A stretch of 32,000 nucleotides of DNA from Methanothermus fervidus DSM 2088 (lineage in GTDB: Archaea; Methanobacteriota; Methanobacteria; DSM-2088; Methanothermaceae), in assembly GCA_000166095.1 (NCBI GenBank), contig CP002278.1, forward strand, positions 540,001 to 572,000. Direction: 5' to 3'. This document shows, in pieces, positions 9,148 through 18,016 of the stretch. Both the position numbers and the translations under genes were made by a program. The notes under the pieces are model-generated. The model was not told the DNA's origin, searched no databases, and saw only the letters and a list, made by a program, of their open reading frames with translations. Each line of letters begins with the position of its first letter. The stretch's first letter is position 1.

Positions 9148-10303
9148 TAAGTTCCCTCAATGTAAATTCCAATTCCTGATATTCTGCAATAGTTTTTGCT
9201 TTATCAAAAACTTTTCTAGCCTTTTGTTTATTTCCAAGTAACATATAAGTAAGAGCTAAGTTTTTTAGACTCTCTGTTTTATAATGTGTATGAGCATGAG
9301 GATAATACTCTGGAGCTAATTTAGCTGCAGATTTAAAGTCATCCACAGCATTATCATATAAACCTAAATTCATATAAGCCAGCCCGCGCGTGTTATACAC
9401 TGTATATTTAGGCTTCATTTGATGCGGATGCTTCAACAGTTCTGCAGATTTTTCAATACATTTTTTAAAATTGTTTGTGGCTTTTTCAGAATTTCCTTTT
9501 TTTCTATATGCTTCCCCTAATAATAACAATAAATCAGGGTCTTGAAATGGAGCAATATCTAATGCTCTGTGTAAATCATCAATAGCCTTGTCATAATCAT
9601 GTAAAAGTATATGACATTTTCCACGAGTTTGTAATGCTCTATAGTCCCATGGTGCCTGATATTCTTTAGACATTACAGCATTTACTGCCTTATCAGACAT
9701 TTTAATAGCTTTTTTTAACATTCCAGCTTGAAGATAAGCAGTTGCAAGATGCATTTTTGTCTGCCAAAGTTCATAATATTTTAATGATTTTTCGTAATCC
9801 TGTATACATCGAGATTTAAGAGTACGGTGGTAAGCTCTTCCCCTAGAAAAGTAAATTGATGCCAACGCCTCTTTCCCATTTTTTTCTTTGATTTCATCTT
9901 CATGTAAAAGTGATTTATTGTAATATTCTATAGCATCATCAAATAAACCATATCTGTCATGTGCGTTTCCCATGCCAGAATATGCAATATAAAATTGATT
10001 ATTTAAAGTTAAAGACTTTTTAAAATCTGTTAATGATTTTAAAAACATGTTTTCTTGTTCATTGGTAAAAGGCCTAAAATAAAAATGTATAAACTGTAGT
10101 AAAGTGATCCCACGCATGTAATAAAATTCTGGAACATAAGGATTATCTTTTATTGCCTTGTTAAACGCTTTTAAAGCCATTTTAAGTTTAGAAACTCCCT
10201 CAGGATCAAATCTATCTTTTCCAACATTGTAAAGTGAAATTCCTTTGTTATAATAATCTTCACCTTCCAATTTTTGAGTACTCACACTGATAGGTACACA
10301 CAT
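9122..10303 (-). CDS. Tetratricopeptide-repeat protein
   Basis: Multiple TPR units such as DFKKSLTLNNQFYIAYSGMGNAHDRYGLFDDAIEYYNKSL; preceded by GGTGGTGA and an upstream TATA-like tract. Confidence 0.9.
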   Translation of the reverse strand: MCVPISVSTQKLEGEDYYNKGISLYNVGKDRFDPEGVSKLKMALKAFNKAIKDNPYVPEFYYMRGITLLQFIHFYFRPFTNEQENMFLKSLTDFKKSLTLNNQFYIAYSGMGNAHDRYGLFDDAIEYYNKSLLHEDEIKEKNGKEALASIYFSRGRAYHRTLKSRCIQDYEKSLKYYELWQTKMHLATAYLQAGMLKKAIKMSDKAVNAVMSKEYQAPWDYRALQTRGKCHILLHDYDKAIDDLHRALDIAPFQDPDLLLLLGEAYRKKGNSEKATNNFKKCIEKSAELLKHPHQMKPKYTVYNTRGLAYMNLGLYDNAVDDFKSAAKLAPEYYPHAHTHYKTESLKNLALTYMLLGNKQKARKVFDKAKTIAEYQELEFTLRELNELSSNFS

Positions 10304-10564
10304 AAGATGCTCACCACCACTTAAATTTTATTAATGGATTTACATTATTTAATACACATATTTATATTTTTTTAAGATAATTTAAAGTAATTTAGAATTG
10401 GCAAAAAATTTGAGAATTTTGTGAATTTACACAAAAATTTGTATGTGGATTCTCATGCCAAAATAGAAAATTAACCAAATAGCTTCTCTATATTAACTAA
10501 ACATTAAAATCATTGGAATATACTTTATGTATGTAATGCTACAAATCTTTCTGATACTATACCA

Positions 10565-11020
10565 TCACCTATGAGGTATTTTACCTAGTTTTCGTAAAAT
10601 AAAGTAAAGGATAATTCCTATGATCCCTATAGTAAGAAGTATATCTTCTCCCACATCACTTATATTCACCAACCATGCTTGCTTTGTTAATTCACCTATT
10701 CTACCTAAATAGCTTAATGAGAGTATAAAGCATATCAAAGGTGGTAAAAACCTTCCTAAAAGACCAGCATATTTAACATCATTAATCTTTGATCCATATT
10801 TGTCCCAATATAAAAATAAAAATACAAGATAAATACCTAGTGCGGCAGAACTTATACAAACTCCTAGCAGTATTACAAACATATGTGTTTTTGCCCAGGG
10901 CAGCAAATGAGGTTTGTACTCAGCTATAGCTTCCAATACTATGAAAAAAGTAAAGGATATAATTAATGTCCAATAAATGCCTTTTATAAATCTTTCTGAT
11001 GCCATAGTACCACCTATCAA
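10565..11020 (-). CDS. Small integral membrane protein, about 4 TM helices, unknown function
   Basis: Four hydrophobic segments; likely start ATG at 11005 (MASERF) preceded by GGTGG. Confidence 0.7.
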   Translation of the reverse strand: MIGGTMASERFIKGIYWTLIISFTFFIVLEAIAEYKPHLLPWAKTHMFVILLGVCISSAALGIYLVFLFLYWDKYGSKINDVKYAGLLGRFLPPLICFILSLSYLGRIGELTKQAWLVNISDVGEDILLTIGIIGIILYFILRKLGKIPHR

Positions 11021-11074
11021 TAATTCATCTTTTTAAAGAAAAAATTAAAAGGCTAGGCGTTAGTTATCAAATAT

Positions 11075-12534
11075 TTATGTGTACCGTATCTCAATAGCTG
11101 GTCCGATACAATGATAAATGGCATGATATATCGCGTAGTAAGCCATCGGATCTAACCCCTCTGATCTTGCCAACTCTACCAAGCCAAAAATTAACTCAAC
11201 TAATCCTTCCTGTAATTTATTCCAATCTTTCACTACTATCCGTGGCACTTTCTGTGTTAATTCATAGTGATAGCATGCTCCTCCTTGACCTGCAGCACCG
11301 TATATCTCTCCTAATGTTGGTATCTCTGAGTAGTAGTCTTTACCAGCTATTGTCTGACCATTATTTGCTAAGTCTACAAATATATAACTACCGGTTGGTG
11401 CACTTATCTTTAAATATTTTATGAAATCTGGGTCATGATCAATAATTGCATTTCCATTTTTCAAGGCATCTAATACTTCTTCAACTGGAGATGCTGCATC
11501 AATTCCTATCTTCCTTAAAATTATTGCTTCAAGTTCTTTAAGGATTAAACCTTTTGCAATGTTAAAGATTTTTACTTTCTTATCAAGTACACTTGGATCG
11601 CTATCTGGAGACCAATAATAATAATCTTTCTGTAGTGTAAGGGATGGAACATGGATATAAGTATATCCATTAGTCCCTCTATTCTCTGCTCCATCTCTTA
11701 CACCATTTGTTACACCGCAAATTATAAACAATGGCCATTGATTATCCACCTCCCTGTAACTTAATCCTAAGTTATCAGCGACTATTCTCACTGCATCTAA
11801 CCACATATACAATGTTTTGAAGCCTGTTAAAAATGTTCCATATGCTGCCCTTTCCCAGTTTGACATGGAATTCAAGTTAACTGCTTCATATCCTGCTCTT
11901 ATTGGATCAAGACTTAAAGCCTCTTCACCAGCTATACACAAGCTTATCACTTCTTCAAAACCTGCATCACTTCCATCAGGATTTCTTAAATTCTTATAGT
12001 GGATATATACATCCTTTGTAAATACTGGGATAGGGTACTTCTGCCAAGGATATCGTTGCCACTTAATAGTGATCTTGAATGCAAGATCGTAATAAGTTTT
12101 CCAATCGAAGTGGTCCCAAGACCAACCTTCTTTGAGTCCCTCGTAGTACCATGGATCAACGAATAATGTGTGATTATATACTTTGCCATTCACTATTACA
12201 TCCATTGATTCACCTACACCAGTTCTATCTTCTGGAAAAGTTTCATCGACACTTCTAAAACAGATGCTTATTTGGTTCACACCAGTTGGATTTATAGGGA
12301 TAATTATATCTTTTCCAGGATAATAACCTATATCTCCTCCTTCAGGATATACTGTCCAACCTCTTGTCTGCTCAATATGTATAATTATTGGTCTTTGTAA
12401 GATTTATCAAGTGAGGAAGAAGTTGTATTGTAACTTGTTAAATTAGTTGTGTTTTCTGCTGAAACACGACTCAAGAATACTAAAAAACTTAGGGATAGTA
12501 ATATTGGGAAGAGAATTTTCCTTTTAGGAATCAT
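11075..12534 (-). CDS. Secreted protein of unknown function, N-terminus offset by an apparent frameshift
   Basis: Minus ORF 11075..12280 remains open upstream to 12403 (stop at 12404-12406). A second frame starts at ATG 12534 with signal peptide MIPKRKILFPILLSLSFLVFLSRVSA and ends at a stop at 12385-12387, so the two overlap and together read as one secreted protein. Confidence 0.65.
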
Positions 12535-12624
12535 CTATCCACACCCCTCATCTATGTATCATTTTATAATAGTAATACAAAAATAGCTTATAAAGATTAC
12601 TTCCTGCACAATGATGTACATGTG

Positions 12625-12654
12625 TATGTCGCTAAATCACACTTTAGCGACATA
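12625..12654. promoter_or_regulatory. Perfect 12-bp inverted repeat with 6-nt loop in divergent intergenic region
   Basis: TATGTCGCTAAA - TCACAC - TTTAGCGACATA, exact reverse-complement arms. Confidence 0.5.
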
Positions 12655-12855
12655 TATGATTTCTAACCTCTACTTAGATGCGATGGGAAAATGCCTTAAC
12701 TCATGATTAGAAAACAGTGGTTCGTTTAAATACATAGATTGTGATGGATATTTTTTGATCACTTAAGGACAGCTTTATTCATGTTATTAGCATTGCATTG
12801 ACAAAAGTATAAAATTACATAATATATATAACATAAAATCAGAGGGGGTGCCTAA

Positions 12856-14391
12856 ATGAAGTCTAAAGCTGTATTAACCCTCTCAACATTGCTAGTTCTG
12901 TTGGCAATTTCTCAAGCATATGGAGCTAAAGAAGTTTATCCAGAGTATGGCTCCCTTAAAGATGTAATAGAAAACTCTAATCATGGAGAGACAATATTCC
13001 TGCATAAAGGGACATATCATGCTTCAGGAATTGTGATAGATAAGAATTTAACTATTGTAGGTGAATATAAGGATGGAGTTGTAATTGATGCTCTATGGGC
13101 AAGACCCTATATTCATAATTTCCAGCGGTGCAAATGTAAGGTTGATAAATTTAACATTGACCAATGGAAATGGAGCAGGAGGTGGTGCAATAAAGAATAA
13201 TGGATATTTAGTGGTTAAGAACTGTGCTTTTGTGGATAATTATGCTAGCGAAAAGGGCGGTGCCATTTTTAACAATGGTACTTTAACAATAAATGGTTGC
13301 AGATTTAAAAATAACAAGGTCATCATACTCGGCGGCGGTACTATCTACAATTCTCGTGAAGGTCAGGTTACAATAAGTAACAGTGTATTTGTGAATAACA
13401 ATGCTGCTGTTTTTGGAGGAGCTATAGATAATGATGGTTATTTAACAATCAAAAATTGTGTATTTAAAAACAACACTGCTCGTTTTATGGGCGGTGCCAT
13501 TGATAACGGTGGTAATTTAACAATAATACATTCTACATTATTAATAATAACGTTATTAAAGAGGATGGAGTTGGCGGTGCCATTGATAATATTGGTGTTT
13601 CACATCCTATAGGTGGTAATTTAATAGGTGGTAATCTAATAATAGACAATTGTATATTTGATAGCAATGTCGCTACCAGTGGCGGTGCTATTGCCAATAC
13701 CGGTATTTTAAAAATAACAAATTCTATATTTAATAAAAACATGGTAGATGGAGCTGGCGGTGCCATTGATAATGATGGTACTCTAACAATAGACAACTGT
13801 ACGTTTAATAACAATAATGCTACTGCCTATGGCGGTGCTATTTGTACCTCAAACAACTTAAAAGTTACAAATTCTATATTTAAATGCAACAAAGCTGGAA
13901 AGGAAGGAGGAGCCATTGCTGTTGATCCAAGGGTAGTAAATAAAGGCATTATCTTTGTAGATAACTCTAATATCTTCATTGACAACCTTCCAAATGACTC
14001 CAACATTCCTCTCAATAATACCCTAAATTACAGGATAACCTTAACAAACACTGGAAAATCAACAATAACCATAAAATATTACATCTCAATCTATACAAAT
14101 TCAGTTAATGGAGAAAAAGTTGGCTATAAGGAAGTAACAATAACCCTAAAGCCAAAAGAAACAAAGAGAATATATCTTGGTAAATATCCAGCAGGACATA
14201 TAGTATCTGGGACAATGATTGTCAAAAATCCATCAAAGAAAAGAATTCAATTAAATCTACAGGTGAAATATGAAATTGAAGGATTCGATCCGGAAATAAG
14301 GAAAATAAGCAACTACATAGCTCCAAGAAAGGAATTCAAATACAGTGTGAAATACAGAGTAAATGAATATGGATCTATAGAGGTTAGCTAA
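12856..14391 (+). pseudogene. Adhesin-like parallel beta-helix surface protein, reading frame broken twice
   Basis: Signal peptide MKSKAVLTLSTLLVLLAISQAYG, then repeated GGAI(D/F)NxGxLTIxNCxFxNN units continuing across frame 1 -> frame 2 (about 13090) -> frame 1 (about 13540). Homology continues through both breaks. Could be a real pseudogene or sequence error. Confidence 0.75.
13160..13890 (+). repeat. Degenerate protein-level repeat region of beta-helix units
   Basis: Units such as [111 protein letters not shown]. Confidence 0.85.
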
Positions 14392-14460
14392 TATTATAGA
14401 GTTTCTCCACGCGAAATAACTCTCCTTAATTTAAAGAAAAAAAGGAAAACAGAAACAAAG

Positions 14461-15123
14461 TTAAATCAGGCTATATTTAAGGCTACAACTGTCTACGGCT
14501 GCAACATATCTCAGCTGCTTCTTTTGTTTTTTTGTTTCTTTTAAACTATTAAGCACTGCAGAATATGCAACTGATGCAGCCTTATCAAAATGTTTTCTAG
14601 GTATATTCGGATCTCTAGTCTTTAACCACTTATACCAATCATTCTTTTCGTTTTTCGCTGTTGACATCAAAGTATAGAGATCTCCTGGAATATACTTGAT
14701 CTGTGGTGTATAACCAATAACTTGAGACTCATACATCTCATGATCTTTTTTTGACTCTTTAGCTATATTATGTGGAGCACAGAAAGAATCAGATATATAG
14801 TGAGTTGCAACTCCAAAGCAATAACTTGCATACTTGTAATTTCTTTTCTTCCAAGCATCTTTGCCTTTATTAAGCCATTTCTTAGCTTCATAATAAGCTG
14901 GAGGGAAATGGTGTTTTTTGAAGTCCTTAAATTTTAAGTCAGGGGCTGTTGAACCCTCCTTCATAGCTTCGAGGTCAATTTTGCTTTGATATTCAGAAGG
15001 TAGGTTGTTGTAGATCAATTCAACTATGTAGCGATGAGATTCTTCTTTCCATCCATAGGTAAAGCTAAATGTAAATGGCAAAGACAGAACTAAAGCTAGT
15101 AGGAGGTATTTCTTGATGTTCAA
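14461..15123 (-). CDS. Secreted zinc-dependent phospholipase C / S1-P1-like hydrolase family protein
   Basis: Signal peptide MNIKKYLLLALVLSLPFTFSFTYG followed by W/H/D pattern: GWKEESHRYIVE, APDLKFKDFKKHHF, GVATHYISDSFCAPHN. Confidence 0.75.
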   Translation of the reverse strand: MNIKKYLLLALVLSLPFTFSFTYGWKEESHRYIVELIYNNLPSEYQSKIDLEAMKEGSTAPDLKFKDFKKHHFPPAYYEAKKWLNKGKDAWKKRNYKYASYCFGVATHYISDSFCAPHNIAKESKKDHEMYESQVIGYTPQIKYIPGDLYTLMSTAKNEKNDWYKWLKTRDPNIPRKHFDKAASVAYSAVLNSLKETKKQKKQLRYVAAVDSCSLKYSLI

Positions 15124-15489
15124 GAAACACCCTCCTATTAGTAAATAACTCCAATATACAAATTAAAGAAATATAAATTTTTGGGTTGGATAGAAAGCTG
15201 CCTGTAATCTGTATTAGCTGCGTTAGTTATTTTACTTGGCTTGTTTTTTGTGGCAAAATATTGTTTGTGGCTGCTATCCTTGAAACTTGATAGACGCTAT
15301 GGTAGTACAAACAAATATTTCCATGAGAGATTGACTCTATAATTATATTTTCTCAAAATTTTATTTGTGGTAATTAGTGTGAAAAATGAGTGAACATAAT
15401 TTAACCTTAAAAGATATGAAATTAGAAAATTTTCACTACTTGTTTATCATCAAGAAAGAATATAAGCTACGGGTATCATAAAATAACAT

Positions 15490-16359
15490 ATGTTCAGATG
15501 TAGAGAAATTCTTAATAAAAAAATATTTAAGAATTGTGAAGATTGTCCTGATTTTATATTAAATAAATTGATACCTTTGAATAAACAGGTTGACATAAAC
15601 AAAATTTCAGATTCCTGGAAAAGGTGTTCATGCGGCAAAAGACCTTTAGATGCTGTCATGGCACATATATTAAAAATAATGATAGATGAAAAAGATCTAA
15701 ATAAAAATGCGTGCCTCAGAGATGTTGGATCACCATTATTAACACCCATGTATTATTTTGAGCATTATCCTTATTTACCAAAAGAATCTTTAGTTTTATT
15801 ATCACCTCATATTTCAAAAGAAACAGCTGAAAGGATTGTTAATGAAGTTTCTGAAGTTAAAGGAGTAATTAAGGGCAATATCTCAGAACTAGGAAATTAT
15901 AGATTGTTGTCAGGATCAGATGCAAGATGTGACATTGTTGAAACTCCTGTGGGATGTATTTCATTATTTAAAAAACAAAGTCAAATTCATATTGAATTAC
16001 CAAAAAAACATGACCCTAAAATAGTCACACTATATAATCACATGAAAAATTTATCTGATTTTACAGTATTAGATGCGACATGTGGGGTTGGTACTCTTGG
16101 AATTTTTTCATTGAAGATGGGTGCTAGAAGAGTTATATTTAATGATATTTGGCCACCTGCTACATATATGACATTGAAAAATTTAGAAATAAATGGATTT
16201 AAAAATGGTTTTGAAATATATAATTTAGATGTGCTTAAGCTAATCCAAATACTTAAAGAAAATTTTGATTTATGTATTTTAGATCTTTTTCCTGGGATGG
16301 ATCCAAAAAAATTCATTTACAAAATGAAGAATTGTTGTAAAGAAATTATAGTATTGTAA
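15490..16359 (+). CDS. SAM-dependent methyltransferase-like protein
   Basis: FTVLDATCGVGTLGIFSLKMGARRVIFNDIWPPATYMTLKNL SAM-binding motif and LCILDLFPGMDP; Cys-rich N-terminus (CEDCPDF, CSCGKRP). Confidence 0.75.
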   Translation: MFRCREILNKKIFKNCEDCPDFILNKLIPLNKQVDINKISDSWKRCSCGKRPLDAVMAHILKIMIDEKDLNKNACLRDVGSPLLTPMYYFEHYPYLPKESLVLLSPHISKETAERIVNEVSEVKGVIKGNISELGNYRLLSGSDARCDIVETPVGCISLFKKQSQIHIELPKKHDPKIVTLYNHMKNLSDFTVLDATCGVGTLGIFSLKMGARRVIFNDIWPPATYMTLKNLEINGFKNGFEIYNLDVLKLIQILKENFDLCILDLFPGMDPKKFIYKMKNCCKEIIVL

Positions 16360-16372
16360 ATAAAATTTAAAA

Positions 16373-16456
16373 GATGATGAACCTGCGAAGGGTCTGACTT
16401 AAAATGATGAGAGTGCGGTTGTCTGAATAACTTATGATGAAAACGCCAGCGTCTGA
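16373..16456 (+). ncRNA. C/D box sRNA array with three guide segments
   Basis: ATGATGA/CTGA pairs: box C 16374-16380, guide ACCTGCGAAGGGT, CTGA 16394-16397; ATGATGA 16404-16410, guide GAGTGCGGTTGT, CTGA 16423-16426; ATGATGA 16434-16440, guide AAACGCCAGCGT, CTGA 16453-16456. Guides are 12-13 nt, spacers 6-7 nt. Transcript ends are not determined. Confidence 0.85.
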
Positions 16457-16592
16457 TTTTAATTAATTTTTTATATTTTTTATCAATTTTTAATAACTAG
16501 AAAAGTCTTTATATTTTGTAGAGACTACTAACTATTGGGCTTCTTTGGATTTTTAAATATGTAAAAATAAGTATTTGTACTGTGGCATAAAA

Positions 16593-16642
16593 ATGATGAA
16601 AAAGCCCAAATCTGATTGATGATGAACGAAAGGACTTTCTGA
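16593..16642 (+). ncRNA. C/D box sRNA, canonical two-guide form
   Basis: ATGATGA 16593-16599, guide AAAAGCCCAAAT, CTGA 16612-16615, 3-nt spacer, ATGATGA 16619-16625, guide ACGAAAGGACTTT, CTGA 16639-16642. TATA-like TTTAAATA at 16552-16559. Confidence 0.85.
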
Positions 16643-16688
16643 TTTGATTGGTAAGTTAATAAATTTTTACTCAATTGACGGTGATTAT

Positions 16689-17963
16689 ATGTATAAAGTA
16701 TTGTTAGATGAAAAAGAATTACCAAAAAAGTGGTATAATATTACGCCAGACCTTCCTAAACAACTGTCACCACCAAAAGGAGATAGAGTAAAGGATTTAC
16801 CAAAGATTTTTTCTAAGCATGTATTAAAACAAGAAACATCTACCAAAAGATGGATAAAAATTCCTAAGAAAATTAGAGAAATTTATAGAGAGATTGGGAG
16901 GCCAACTCCTTTATTTAGAGCCCGTAATTTAGAAAAAATGCTAAACACGCCCGCAAAAATATATTATAAAAGGGAAGATCTTTCTCCGACCGGTAGTCAT
17001 AAATTAAACACTGCAATAGCTCAAGCATATTATGCAAAAAAAGACGGGGCAGAATATTTAACAACTGAAACTGGGGCAGGACAATGGGGCTCAGCACTTT
17101 CCCTTGCATGTTCCCTTATGGATATTGGATGTAAAGTTTTTATGGTACGGGTTTCTTACCACCAAAAACCATTAAGAAAAATATTGATGCAGATTTATGG
17201 CGCTGAAGTTTTCCCTTCACCTAGTAAGGAAACTGAATTTGGTAGGAAAATGTTAAAAAAAGATCCTAAACATCCTGGATCATTAGGAATTGCAATTTCA
17301 GAGGCAATTGAAGTTGCATTGAAAAATGACAATGTATATTATTCTCTTGGAAGTGTATTAAATCATGTGCTTCTCCATCAAACAATAATCGGATTAGAAT
17401 TGAAAAAACAATTGGAAAAAATAGATGAAAAACCAGATATTATTGTGGGATGTGCTGGCGGAGGTAGTAATTTTTCAGGTGCAATTTTTCCTTTTGTAAA
17501 GGAAAAATTAAATGAAAGGTTAGATTGTAAATTTATAGCTGTTGAACCAACAGCATGCCCCACTTTAACTCAAGGAGAATATCGTTATGATTATGGTGAT
17601 ACTGCTGGCATGACTCCTCTAATTAAAATGTATACATTAGGACATGATTTTGTACCACCTCCTGTACATGCAGGAGGTCTTAGGTATCATGGAATGGCAC
17701 CACAATTATCTTTACTTGTAAAAGAAAAAATAGTGGAAGCTAGGGCTGTAAAACAGAAAGATATTTTTAAAAGTGGAATATTATTTTCTAAAGCAGAAGG
17801 GATTGTACCAGCGCCTGAAACTTGTCATGCAATAAAGGTAGCAATTGATGAAGCAAAAAAATGCAAAAAAAGTGGTGAAGAAAAAACAATCGTTATAAAC
17901 TTTTCAGGCCACGGATTATTAGATTTAAAAGGATATGAAAAATATTTAAGCACAGAAGAATAA
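16689..17963 (+). CDS. trpB2: Tryptophan synthase beta chain-like protein, TrpB2 type
   Basis: [32 protein letters not shown] (PLP lysine), [28 protein letters not shown] track start 16644 is upstream of the more likely ATG at 16689. Confidence 0.93.
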   Translation: MYKVLLDEKELPKKWYNITPDLPKQLSPPKGDRVKDLPKIFSKHVLKQETSTKRWIKIPKKIREIYREIGRPTPLFRARNLEKMLNTPAKIYYKREDLSPTGSHKLNTAIAQAYYAKKDGAEYLTTETGAGQWGSALSLACSLMDIGCKVFMVRVSYHQKPLRKILMQIYGAEVFPSPSKETEFGRKMLKKDPKHPGSLGIAISEAIEVALKNDNVYYSLGSVLNHVLLHQTIIGLELKKQLEKIDEKPDIIVGCAGGGSNFSGAIFPFVKEKLNERLDCKFIAVEPTACPTLTQGEYRYDYGDTAGMTPLIKMYTLGHDFVPPPVHAGGLRYHGMAPQLSLLVKEKIVEARAVKQKDIFKSGILFSKAEGIVPAPETCHAIKVAIDEAKKCKKSGEEKTIVINFSGHGLLDLKGYEKYLSTEE

Positions 17964-18016
17964 ACAATGTCAATTATCATCATAATTAATTGAGTTTTTA
18001 GCAAAAAAGGGGTGGA

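Noticed and set aside
12385-12403. Programmed -1 ribosomal frameshift in the unknown secreted protein gene
   Set aside because: Overlap sequence (minus strand ATCTTACAAAGACCAATAA) lacks a canonical X-XXY-YYZ slippery heptamer and no clear downstream pseudoknot was apparent; sequence error or mutation is simpler.
13160-13890. Possible CRISPR-like or tandem DNA repeats
   Set aside because: Periodicity is at protein level (beta-helix units) with degenerate nucleotide identity and no constant repeats separated by unique spacers.
15450-15749. Minus-strand 99-aa ORF opposite the methyltransferase-like gene
   Set aside because: Shadow ORF overlapping a coding frame with recognisable SAM and Cys motifs.
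16460-16590. Possible tRNA or additional sRNA between the two C/D loci
   Set aside because: No acceptor/T-loop features (GGTTCGAATC-like) and no further ATGATGA/CTGA pairs; only a weak AGTCTTTA/TAGAGACT stem and TATA-like elements.
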